From Octopus bimaculoides (lineage: Eukaryota): DNA of 64,000 bases. This document shows, piece by piece, positions 13,585-24,795 of the stretch. Below the pieces are notes generated by a model. That model had not been told where the DNA came from and ran no database searches. It saw only the letters and a list, made by a program, of their open reading frames with translations. The position numbers and the translations under genes were made by a program. How positions within the stretch are numbered: the stretch's first letter is position 1; the number at the start of each line of letters is the position of its first letter. Location: the NCBI RefSeq assembly GCF_001194135.2, contig NC_068984.1, positions 52,523,807-52,587,806 of the forward strand, read 5' to 3'.

Positions 13585-14140
13585 GAAGCCATCCATCTAT
13601 CTTCTTCACCCACTATTCCTGGGAAGGTCTCCTCTATAAGGTCTATCAGAAGTCATTAGACTGGAAGAATCCATCTTGCAATTCTTTACTACCACATTCT
13701 AATCACATCCATGATACCAGAGTTGTGACTTTTCAGCACAGAGAAGTAGCAGTTGATCTGGAGAGACTCCCTAATCTTCAAGCTATGCACCCTGTTGAGT
13801 AACGTTACCCCAGAGATACTTCAGAGGAACCCTATTTCAGCCTCTTGTATTAACAATCATACTCTTTCAATCATTACCCGACATTCATGACCATATTTGA
13901 GGATGGACATAAAAACCAAATTGAAGATAACAAGCTTGGATGTTTTAACCAACCACTCCTCTTTTGAGGAATGAATGCCGGAACTGGTACATTACTGTGT
14001 CAGCACTTGCCATTCTAGCATTGAATCCTCCTATTTTCCATCACTTGTGAATACAGCTTCAAGATACTGAAACAGGAAAATATAGGAGGCATATTATTTA
14101 AATACATAGAAATTCTTCCACTGCTTCATGCAAATGAAGT
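13585..14140 (-). mobile_element. second RTE-family (Expander/Rex3-like) ORF2 C-terminal relic
   Basis: Minus frame KLVIFNLVFMSILKYGHECRVMIERV*LLIQEAEIGFL*SISGVTLLNRVHSLKIRESLQ, cf. RTE ...PTLTYGHELW.MTER..SRIQAAEM.FLRR..G..L.DRVRS..IRE.L. Confidence 0.75.
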
Positions 14141-16779
14141 TACATAGATTCCTAAGAGCCAGTTCTATAACCAATATACGTTTTACAAAGAGATATGTTA
14201 TATACTTAATTACAGAACACAAACTTTTGATATCAATTTTGGTGACATTCGAGAAATTGTATAATTTGCTTCATGGGTTGTTATAAACTAATTGATTAAC
14301 CTATACATATGTATATGTTGAAGGAACTGTTTGTGTCATATATCTGCTCATGCAAGAGAAACGGTTCAGCTGCACCACATGCAATTCAATTTTCAATACC
14401 GTCTTTTTGGAATCTTACCATTGCCTGATACCTATGCCTTCAATATAAGTCAATTGGTACGTTTACAATGGCGGTTGTAGTATATATTTACAGTTTACTT
14501 CATCTGATTTAGTAAAAATAGAGTGAAATAAGAGATGCTTGTTATATTTCTGTATTTGCACTTTGTTTTTTTTTTGTTTATTTGTTTCACTTTATAGTTG
14601 AAGTAGGATCGAGTATCCTTTTGTGCTCAGTCACTCATACTGCAGTCTGCATATTATTTTCAAACATTGACTTTATTTAATTGCACATCTAATTAGGTTG
14701 CAAGCTACCAAAACTATTTTTTATCCTTTCATTTACTTCCTCTTACTACTTACATGTCAGTTATAGTGCTATAAGATTTCCTTACAAACTTAGGGAATAA
14801 CGCTGTGAAAATAATCAAAGACTAAGGGTGGTAGAATAAAACTATCACCCAGTTTAGCATCACTATTTAGTCCTTAAGTGTCTTTAGCAGAGTCCACTCT
14901 ATTGCAAGTATTCATGACCAGATCACTCTAAGAATAACTTCCAGCCTTCCTACTATCATTCCTCATCTAAGTACTAAAAATAAAAAACAAAAAAAAATGG
15001 GAATATTTATTAGTTAAGATAAGAAACTATCAAAATCAAGTGTGAAAATCTATTTCTGTAAATTTCAAATACATACTGCTTTACAAGAAACGAGTGTCTC
15101 ATATGTAAAACACTAATTTATGCATGATGATGATATGATTTTTTTCATTTTTTTATTTTTTGGTCTTAGTAATGTCTCAGAGATATTATTTCTCTGGTTC
15201 CATTCACTAGTTTTTTTGCTAAGATTGATCTTTTTTTCTTTTAACCATTTCATACTCTACAGAACATTAGTCTGTTCACACAATGATTTCTGGTTTCTTC
15301 GAACAGTTTTCATAGCATGCCAGATGAGAAGTTTGCTAGTCCTTCACTCAGTCATTCTCCAATTTAAGGAAACAGAACATTAAGAGTCTCTCTTTCCTAT
15401 GACTTTCTCACAATGAAGTGCAGCTGATACTGTGTGTGTGTGTGTGTGTGTATGTGTGTGTGTGTGTGTATGTTAGGAGGGGATAGAGAGAGAAAAGAAT
15501 CAAACTTGTACTTGAATGGTAACATGGTAACAATCATGGAAGTATGAAAGAAAGTTATCTTGGCTGGATTTTAACTTAAAGACAAAGAATTACCACAAGG
15601 TATTTCTCTCTGACTTAACAATTCAGTCAACTGACCAGCTTTACATTCATGAACACATTCACTTTTAGTTTATCTTTGCTTTAACCTTTTGCTTGTTTCA
15701 GTCATTGAACTGCAGCCATGCTGGAGCACTGCTTTGAAGGGATTTTCGTCAAACAAATCAACCCTAGTACTTATTTTATCTTTTTAAACCTTGTATTTAT
15801 TCCATCAGTCTTTAACTAGTTTCAATTTTGGAGTTGTGGCCATGTTGGGGCATTTCCGTTAAACTATTTAGCATTTGCCTGTTAACTTTTTTATGACTCT
15901 TTCTACAATTATTACTTGACCTTCTTTGGTAAAGTAGTTTTGATTATCCTCTCTAATTACCTCAGAAAAGAAACAGTCATATGATTTTTGTCTTGCTTAA
16001 ATTCTATTTCAATACATAATGGTAATGGAATTAATGAACTAAATATATTCATCATTTATCTTTTACTTGTTTCAATTATTGGACTGCGGCCATACTGGAG
16101 CACCATTTTTAACTGAACAAATTGACTTCAGTACTTATTTTTTAAAGTCTGGTACTTATTCCATTGGTCTCTTTAGCTGAAACTGCTAATATGGGAATGT
16201 AAACAAACCAACATTGGTTGTCAAGGGGAGCAGGACACACATGCATATGCATGCGTGCATGTGTGTGTGATGGGCTTCCATGTAGTTTCTTTCTCTCAAA
16301 TTCACTCACAGGCATTGGTTGGCTTGGGGTACCAAGCAGTGAGACTGAATTCAAGATCATGTGGTTGCAAAAGTGAGCTTCTTGGCCACACAGTCATGCC
16401 TGCATGTTATTTTACACATGTAAGATAATGTATATAGCATGTAGATATGTTTCAGTATATTTAGACTCACATTACAAAAATAATATTAATGTTATAACAG
16501 CAAATATTTCCTACAAGCCAAGGAATAACAACTGTGGCCATTATTAAAGCCAACTAGTTTCTTTATTTTCATCAGGGGAGGACTGAAACCACTTGATTCA
16601 AAAATCGAAACATAGAACTGCTTATGAACAAGCAGTGTCTCAAGCATAGATAAGTTTATCTCAATTTTTTGCTTTAGTGAACAATAACATCATTGATTAC
16701 TGGTTTCCAATAGGACAATCATTGATTCACAGTATTCTAGGCAGTTAAAGTAGTAAAGGATTGTCACTAGAGAACTCTC

Positions 16780-16961
16780 TTTTACTCTTTTACTTGTTTC
16801 AGTCTTTTGACTGTGGCCATACTGGAACACCGTCTTTAGTCGAGCAACTTGACCCCAGGACTTATTCTTTGGAAGCCTAGTACTTATTCTATCGGTCTCT
16901 TTTGCCAAACCGCTATGATACGGGGACGTAAACACAGACACACAAATACATACACACATAC

Positions 16962-17002
<41 letters not shown>

Positions 17003-17160
17003 CGACGGGCTTCTTTCAGTTTCCGTCTACCAAATCTACTCACAAGGCTTTGGTCGGCCTGAGGCTATAGTAGAAGACACTTGCCCAAGATGCCACGCAG
17101 TGGGACTGAACCCAGGACCATGTGGTTGGTAAGCAAGCTACTTACCACACAGCCACTCCT
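16780..17160 (-). mobile_element. tRNA-headed composite SINE (family A), best-preserved copy
   Basis: Minus: aggagtggctgtgtggt (A-box) ... gggttcagtcccact (B-box), ttgggcaagtgtcttc domain, (TA)n/(TATG)n, second domain gatagaataagtactagg...ctggggtc, tail (gtaaaaga)n. Related copies or parts at ~6085-6300, 6575-6730, 15690-15810, 16060-16400, 23650-24075, 24298-24990(+), 27130-27255(+), 32440-32580(+), 35820-36245, 40100-40260, 41445-41690(+), 58755-58885(+), 58960-59310, 59340-59540(+), 61220-61410. Confidence 0.85.
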
Positions 17161-17218
17161 ACGCCTACTGCAAGGAATTTTGTCCAAAAAGCCCTTGTTT
17201 TTCAGTTTCTTGCTGCTG

Positions 17219-17444
17219 TTCAACCCTTTAACATTTAAACTGGCCATATTCGGTCCAAATATACTTCCTGTTTTATGTTCAAAGCAGAAGACTTAGCTTC
17301 TCACACCTACTTTACAATGTCATTTTTAAATAAACAATTAAATCATCAAAATCTCAAGTTCCAAGATAATGCATGATTAATTTAAAGGAATGTGAATAAA
17401 ATCACATTACATTTGAGAGACTAATCTGAATGCTAAAAGGTTAA
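17219..17444 (+). mobile_element. piggyBac-like MITE
   Basis: ttcaaccctttaacatt...tgctaaaaggttaa, a decayed TTAA|CCCTTTAGCA...TGCTAAAGGG|TTAA; relatives at 3010-3204 and ~63043-63230. Confidence 0.55.
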
Positions 17445-17497
17445 ATCCTCTGACAATATACATCAGCAAAGGACACACACATACAAATAATATATAT

Positions 17498-17830
17498 CAT
17501 CATCGTTTAACATCTCTTTTTCTATGCTGGCATGGGTTGGATGATTTAACAGGAACTGACAAGCCAGCGGGCTGCACCACGCTCCAATGCATACTTTGGT
17601 ATGATTTCTAAAACTGAATGTCCTTCCTAATGCCACAGCACTGGTAATGTCACCAAATACTTGCAAGACCTCCTTCCTACCACTCAACAGAGGATTCTGA
17701 AGGTGGGTATAGTATTGAAGGATGTGAAGATATAATAGAGGGACAGGAACAGGCTTCCCCAACTGGAAAGAAAGAGATGTTAAGTGTGTACCCTCAAGGT
17801 ACAAGGTGACCAAGGTAAGCATGAGTGAGA
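17498..17830 (-). mobile_element. RTE 3'-UTR-derived repeat
   Basis: (cat)n-gtttaacatc...atgctggcatgggttggatg head; shares caaggtacaaggtgacc and gaacaggcttccc with 2160-2500. Confidence 0.6.
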
Positions 17831-18143
17831 GAGAGAATTGGAACAGAGGAACAGAAGGAGAAGGTTAGCAGGTAAGCTTGTCAGAGTGTGACAGGTGATT
17901 AGAAATGGAGAGTGAAATGGATGTAGAGAGTATCATTTGGTGTGGAGAGAAAGAAATAGGAGTGTGTCAGGAAGGATGAGGAGGTGATAAGGGTATAGTC
18001 ATAGAGATAAAATATAAAGTGCAGGTGGATAAATGGTATTAATTACAGCACCTGAGTGACTAGTACAATAGTTAGAAGACTGATGAAAGGATGGGTGTTA
18101 GAAGATGAATTGTTGGAGAAGGCTTGACAGAACCTCATTTTTG

Positions 18144-18184
<41 letters not shown>

Positions 18185-18185
<1 letters not shown>

Positions 18186-18373
18186 ATTGTAACCTCGTGG
18201 ATATCGTTGGCGATTTTTTCTTCCTCCGTCTTCCCTTCTTTGGACTGTCCTATGTTTCCGACGAAGAGCTCCGCTCGAAACGCCAAATTCTCTTTCTTTC
18301 CTTTCCCAAGTGTCCAGTAACACATCCTCATGTTGTTGTTTTTTGCCGTTTTTCTTTTTTGAACTTTATATAT
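18185..18373 (+). mobile_element. Penelope-like pseudo-LTR/3' end with minimal hammerhead-like motif
   Basis: ccgacga-a-gagc-tcc-gctc-gaaa-cgcc (18258-18284), followed by a pyrimidine-rich tail ending ttgaactttatatat like 19500-19715. Confidence 0.55.
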
Positions 18374-18845
18374 NNNNNNNNNNNNNNNNNNNNNNNNNNN
18401 NNNNNNNNNNNNNNNNNNNNNNNNNNNNNNNNNNNNNNNNNNNNNNNNNNNNNNNNNNNNNNNNNNNNNNNNNNNNNNNNNNNNNNNNNNNNNNNNNNNN
18501 NNNNNNNNNNNNNNNNNNNNNNNNNNNNNNNNNNNNNNNNNNNNNNNNNNNNNNNNNNNNNNNNNNNNNNNNNNNNNNNNNNNNNNNNNNNNNNNNNNNN
18601 NNNNNNNNNNNNNNNNNNNNNNNNNNNNNNNNNNNNNNNNNNNNNNNNNNNNNNNNNNNNNNNNNNNNNNNNNNNNNNNNNNNNNNNNNNNNNNNNNNNN
18701 NNNNNNNNNNNNNNNNNNNNNNNNNNNNNNNNNNNNNNNNNNNNNNNNNNNNNNNNNNNNNNNNNNNNNNNNNNNNNNNNNNNNNNNNNNNNNNNNNNNN
18801 NNNNNNNNNNNNNNNNNNNNNNNNNNNNNNNNNNNNNNNNNNNNN

Positions 18846-18881
<36 letters not shown>

Positions 18882-18884
18882 TAT

Positions 18885-19315
18885 ATATCATCATCATCAT
18901 CATTTAACGTTTTTTTTTTATGCTGGCATGGGTTGGACGTTTTCACAGAAGCTGACTTGCTGAAGAGCTGTTCAGGCTCCATGTCTGTTTTGGCATGGTT
19001 TCTACATCTGGATGCCCTTCTTAATGCCAACCACTTTGTAGAGTGTACGGGATGCTTTTATGCAGCACCAGTATGGGTGCTTTTTACATAGCACCAGCAC
19101 TTATGAGCCCACAAGGTTAGGGATGCTCTGCTGGAGAGGGTTGCAAGGGATGAGCCTGTATACAAGGGCAACCATGCTTTTACCTAGCTTGATGTGTCTT
19201 TTCAAGCACAGCAAACTGTCGAGAATCTCAGTCCCCCGTGATCCCCTCTGTGAGTTCCAACATTTGTAGATCATTTCTCACCACTTTGTCCCACATCTTC
19301 TTTCTAGTAAAAATC
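18885..19315 (-). mobile_element. 5'-truncated RTE LINE (ORF2 end, 3' UTR and (GAT)n tail)
   Basis: Minus: gaagatgtgggacaaagtggtgagaaatgatcta...gctgtgcttgaaaagacacatcaagc (matches ORF end at 8200-8310), then aaaagcacc units and gttaaatgatgatgat. Confidence 0.8.
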
Positions 19316-19499
19316 TGGTAACTTATGTATAAGAGCTCTTATGTCATTATTTGACTGAGCAGCATTCAACTGTATAATAATTATAAAGAGCATTCTTCTA
19401 TAATGATCTTTGAATATAAACTCAGCAATTTAAAGCTGGGGTGTGGTACAGAAACAAACGTGATTTACTTTCTATTAAAGCCTGTTATTTTTGATCCTC

Positions 19500-19715
19500 A
19501 TGTTATATTATCCTTAGTTGCCATGATTGACCTCTAAATCCACAAGTTTTTTAATTCTTTCTCTGTTTATTTCCTCCGTGTTCCTTTCTGTTGAAGAGTG
19601 TAGGCTCGAAACGTAAAATACTTTCTCACCTTCCTGAGTGTCAAACTACTACACCTGCTTGTTGTTTATAGACCTATCTTCGTCTTTTGTTTTTCTGTAA
19701 ATTTCAACTATATAT
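19500..19715 (+). mobile_element. Penelope-like pseudo-LTR/3' end with minimal hammerhead-like motif
   Basis: ttt-ctgttga-a-gagt-gtag-gctc-gaaa-cgta-aaa (19585-19618); tail tgtaaatttcaactatatat. Confidence 0.55.
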
Positions 19716-19734
19716 ATATATATATTTTACACTC

Positions 19735-19893
19735 TCGGAGTGATCGGCGTTAGGAAGGGCATTCAGCTGTAGAAACTCAGCCAAATCAGATTGGAACCTG
19801 GTGTAGCCATCTGGTTCACCAGTCCTCAGTCAAATCATCCAACCCATGCTAGCATGGAAAGCGGACGTTAAATGATGATGATGATGATGATGA
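19735..19893 (+). mobile_element. RTE 3'-UTR young-subfamily fragment
   Basis: cactctcggagtgatcggcgttaggaagggc...aacccatgctagcatggaaagcggacgttaaatgatgat; near-identical to 31040-31215. Confidence 0.75.
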
Positions 19894-20999
19894 GATATAT
19901 ATATATATATATTATGGGATTCCATACTATTTTCATTTACTAAATATCTTTCACAAGGTATTGTTTAATGTGACGCCATGGTAGAAGACCTTTTTCCCAA
20001 TTTACCATGCAGTAAGATATAAGATCATATCTGGAACCGCATAGTTGCAAAGCAAACTTTCTATGCACTCGATTTCAAACTCATTGCATAGACATCAGTG
20101 TATTTTGTGTAATAAATTCAATATTATTATTCTGCATCAGAACTAAATAAGTTTTGAGAATATTGATATGTTATAAGCATTAAACACAGTTGTCAGTTGC
20201 ATTTGTGCTATCTCACAAAGTTTATGCTCAATCTTTTGATCTTTATTTTAACACTTTATGTGTTCATTTTCCATACTGACAGAGACAATCAGTATTTTAT
20301 TGTATGTCTAGAGTTGGTTTGGCTCAGACAGGTCTGCAACAGATCATGTCTCTATTCATCTTAAAGTGTTACTCTCTCATCTATGAGGCACAATGTTCTC
20401 ATGTCTGACCTAAGACAAACTTGCTGGCAAGTCAAAGCTATTGAGCAAATGTTTTCTTTCACCATATGACTTTTCAATATGTATTGTACTAAAATTAATG
20501 AAATTATTAAAGCCTAAAATAGGGATTGGATGGAATGTTTACAACACCAGCTCCATTTTAACTCTTGGCACTCTTCTGAACTGCCAAGTTTGGCACACAG
20601 CCTGACTGACTTTCTTTGACTGTTTCTCAACACCTGACCATCAAATTATCATAGATTCCTTAATATCGCATGAACATATTTTCATTTCTACTGTTCGTTT
20701 GCATATCTGTATCTTCTTTTGGAATTTAGCCAAATCTATTTAAAATATGCATGCGTCGGTGGCAGTAGTAGATTGTTAACATTACAACTGGCAATTGTGG
20801 CTGCAAGACTAATTATTCCCTTTGGCAACATGTCTTTCTTTCCAGTTTCACTCTTAACACACTTTGTTCCACTACTTGGCTCATTCTTTTTAATTTGCTC
20901 TCAATCTCCCCCTATCTCTTCATTTCATTCTTTTTCCTCCCTCTCTTTTTGTATGTGTGTGTATGTGTATGTATGTATACACACACACACACATACATG

Positions 21000-21034
<35 letters not shown>

Positions 21035-21608
21035 TGTTCTCATTTATTTGCTCCTTTGCTTTGTCTTATCAAAAAGGGATATTTTGGAAATATATTACTT
21101 ATTTATATTGCTTTTATGTAATATCCCTATAGGAAGCAATTTGTTGGCGTGATGGATTGATACTAATATAGAATGTTAATGGATTAATGGTAGTATAGAA
21201 CTAATATAAAATAATGCTGATTAGTTTGTGTAAGCAGTGAAGAATCACCGCCACCAGACAGTCTGCTTCAAAGTCTGGCAAGGTAAGATGTAGGAGAAAA
21301 CTAATAGCCTGGAGAGTTGCACATGTCATTAATGTATTAATGGTAGAAGACATCAAGGAAGCTGTGTTAAGAAAAACAGGAAGCATTTTTCATTTATTAA
21401 AAAGAGTGACAGTAGAGCACTGTGATATATGATAAGTTATTGTTGTCATAAAATGCTATAGACTTTTTGTAAAAATAACTATCACTTGGAACCAATCCAG
21501 GATGTTTGGTGTGTGGAGAGAACTCTAAACACTGATGTGTTAGCAGTACTCTCTAAAATCTATTCACAGTAGTCAGAAAGTTTGTTGAAAATAACCTTAG
21601 TTATGTTA

Positions 21609-21846
21609 TATTATTTATTATTTCTTTACTACCCACAAGGGGCTACACACAGAGGGGACAAGAAAGGACAGACAAACGGATTAAGTCGATTATATTGACC
21701 CCAGTGCATAACTGGTACTTATTTAATCGACCCCGAAAGGATGAAAGGCAAAGTCGACCTCGGCGGAATTTGAACTCAGAACGTAGCGGCAGACGAAATA
21801 CCGCTAAGCATTTCGCCCGGCATGCTAACATTTCTGCCAGCACGCT
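21609..21846 (-). mobile_element. tRNA-headed SINE (family C), full length with 15-bp TSD
   Basis: TSD accttagttatgtta at 21594-21608 and 21847-21861. Minus: gctggcagaaatgttagc (A-box-like), gagttcaaattcc (B-box), domain cctttcatcctttcggggtcgattaaataagtaccag, tail tagccccttgtgggtagtaaagaaataa. Confidence 0.9.
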
Positions 21847-21862
21847 ACCTTAGTTATGTTAG

Positions 21863-22125
21863 CTCAGAGGTTTTCAACCAGGGTCCACGTGACCTTTGGG
21901 GTTCCATATAAGATGTTGCTGTTAAAATTTATCTGCAATAAATTGGTTATACTTCAACAATACACAAAATATTTTAATATCTTTCTTTTGTACAATTCCT
22001 AATAATATCTAATTATAAATATATAACAGGATTTTTTTTTGAACGTCAAATGGTTCTGAGGGTCCATTCAAGTAAAACAGGAATCAAAGGGGTCCATAGG
22101 AAAAATAATAATTGAGAACCACTGC
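21863..22125 (+). mobile_element. hAT-type MITE (CAGTGGTTCTCAAC family)
   Basis: cagaggttttcaacc...attgagaaccactg termini; relatives at 5947, 12040, 52640-52890, 55380-55480 and 60613. Confidence 0.65.
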
Positions 22126-22967
22126 TTTAGCTGAGAGTGTTTATGAGAAATAGAGTTCACAGGTTTCAGTGGTGGAAACATAGCATAAAGGCTAAGTGCT
22201 TTGGTTTGCAGTTCTAGTCTTAGATATTTCCACATGCCTGGTAAAGCAATGAGTAACCATTCTTTCAAATCACTACATCATCATCATCATCGTCGTCATC
22301 GTCATCATCATCAACATTTTACAGCCATGTAAGCAACTGTTTACATCCATGTTAGCAAGTGTTGGACAAGTTTTCAGAGGTAGTATTTTATAGCTGGATA
22401 CCTTTCCTGTTTTCAGCCAGTTAGTTACTTTTTACGACACAGTGCACTTGTTATAAAACTGAGATATACACAAGGGATTTTCAAAAATCTTTATGTGAAT
22501 CATCTACAGTAAGGTCATATTTATGGCCATATAAATAACACAGTTGCACAGGACCCCAACACTTTAGCTCCTCAACTCAAAATATGTCTTTAAAAAATAC
22601 CTTTTATTTATTATTCTTTTAAAAAGTAACCTTTTACTCTTGGCTACCATTTACTTATAAAGATTATAATAATCAATGAATTAGATATTTAGATATTAAT
22701 TATTGGCACTGTACACAATTCTAAACAATAACTAACCATAAATCAAATTTAGAGTTTATTGATCTCCTAATTCCTTTATTCTGTAAGCGAGTTATTTTAC
22801 TGGAGTTTATCAAAATTCTACTCGGTCAATATTTTTCAATGAACATATAATAATGGATTTTCACTGTAGTTTATTTTCCAAATAACAGGAATGCTAAAAG
22901 GTTGGTATTATTGGATTGCTTCTTTTTTTCTTTACTTTTTTTTGTTTGTTTTGTTTCTAGACAAACC

Positions 22968-23650
22968 ATGAAATCGTCTCATCTAAGTGAGCAGGAAAAA
23001 AGAAAGTGGGATAGAGAAGCTTATCATATGATGATTGATCTGGCTAAAACAACAGATAACACAATTCTTGAAGAACAGATGTTGTATCTACTGAAACTGG
23101 AGGGCACACAATACAATGCTGTTCATTGAGAACAACTACACCTACAGACACAGGTACCAATATAGTAGTTCAACCATATGTATTTGAGAAACTGCAATAG
23201 CTACATCTGAAACAGAACATACTTCTGTTGATTGCAAATTGAGTAAAGGCACTGGAGAAAAGCCTTTTCCAATTACTCCTGTCAAATAAGAAAGAGAAAT
23301 ACAATACACAATGGCTTGGACTCAATGAAACAGAAAGGATTACAGTATTCAATGAATAGTGGTAGACGATGTACAATGGAAATGTTTTTTTAGAATGTTA
23401 GCTAATGGTGAAACTACTGAAAGGAAGTGGTTATGCTATTCAAAAAGAACAGGAAGTATTTGTTGTTTTGAAAGTAAATTGCTTTAATACATCTTCAATC
23501 ACCCTGGCATGTCATGGTTTAATGATTAGATCTACTGCTAGCAAAAGGTTATGTGAACATGAAAAATCAAAAGGCCATATGAGTGCTGACAGTAATTTTG
23601 CTTGGCAAGCTGATATTCATGGACATGTTGATTTACAATACAAAGAGAAA
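22968..23650 (+). pseudogene. hAT (Tip100/ZMYM1-like, TTF-type zinc finger) transposase N-terminal relic
   Basis: Across frameshifts: MKSSHLSEQEKRK... then SGRRCTMEMF(F)RMLANGETTERKWLCYSKRTGSICCF...CEHEKSKGH, cf. the hAT motif RRFS..YF.R.LPNGE...RSWL.YS...D.VFCF.C...HE.S..H. A hAT-like subterminal motif cagttgcacaggacccc lies at ~22541. Confidence 0.6.
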
Positions 23651-23890
23651 TTGAAGAACTTATTCTTTCACTTGTTTCAGTCATATGACTGCAGCCATGC
23701 TGGAGCATCACCTTGAAAGATTTTTTTTTTAGTCAAACAAATCAACCCCAGGACTTATTCTTTATAAGCCTAGTACTTATTCTATTGATCTCTTTTGCTG
23801 AACTGCTAAGTTACAGGGATATAAACACACCAATATCAATTGTCAAGAGATGGTGGGGGGGACAAATACAGATACAAAGACACACACATA

Positions 23891-23933
<43 letters not shown>

Positions 23934-24457
23934 AGCATCTTTCAGTTTCTGTCTACCAAATCCACTCACAAGGCTTTGGTCAACCTGAGGCTATAATAGA
24001 AGACGCTTGCCCAAAGTACCATGCAGTAGGACTGAACCCACAACCGTGTGATTGAGAAGCAAGCTTCTAACTACAAAGTCTGGAAAAAGTGTTATATAGA
24101 CTTTGTTTGCATGATAAAGATATTGTCAGGATGTGGTTTGGTTTTCAGAGCTGACAGCTACAACGTTGGTTCATCTCAGAATAGCAACTACCTCAAACTC
24201 TGAGAGCTCATTACTGAATATGATATATTCCAAACACAGGACACAAAATTACATGTTAAAAAAAGATACAGGCACACTAATTATTTATCTTCCACCAGGT
24301 GCAAGCATGGCTATGTGGTAAGAAGCTTGCCTTCCAACCACATGGTTCTGGGTTCAGTCCCACTGCATGGCACCCCCTGGGCAAGTGTCTTCCTCTATAG
24401 CCTTGGACTGACCAAAGTCTTGAGAGTGGATTTGGTAGTCGGAAACTTAAAGAAATC

Positions 24458-24460
<3 letters not shown>

Positions 24461-24548
<88 letters not shown>

Positions 24549-24572
24549 TACATATAGATATATATGTATGTG

Positions 24573-24664
<92 letters not shown>

Positions 24665-24684
24665 TAGAGATATATATGTATGTG

Positions 24685-24720
<36 letters not shown>

Positions 24721-24747
24721 GATAGATAGATAGATAGATACATACAT

Positions 24748-24782
<35 letters not shown>

Positions 24783-24795
24783 TACATACATGCAT
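24461..24795. repeat. compound microsatellite (TG)n(TA)n(CA)n...(TA)n(CA)n...(TA)n(GATA)n(CATA)n(CA)n inside a family A SINE
   Basis: Read directly from the sequence. Confidence 0.9.

Noticed and set aside
22952-23129. Apparent terminal exon (tttgtttctag|A CAA ACC ATG...AVH*) of a host gene
   Set aside because: It lies just upstream of clear hAT TTF-zinc-finger motifs and starts like hAT transposases (M...LS..EKRK), so a transposase relic is the simpler reading. A real exon is not fully excluded.
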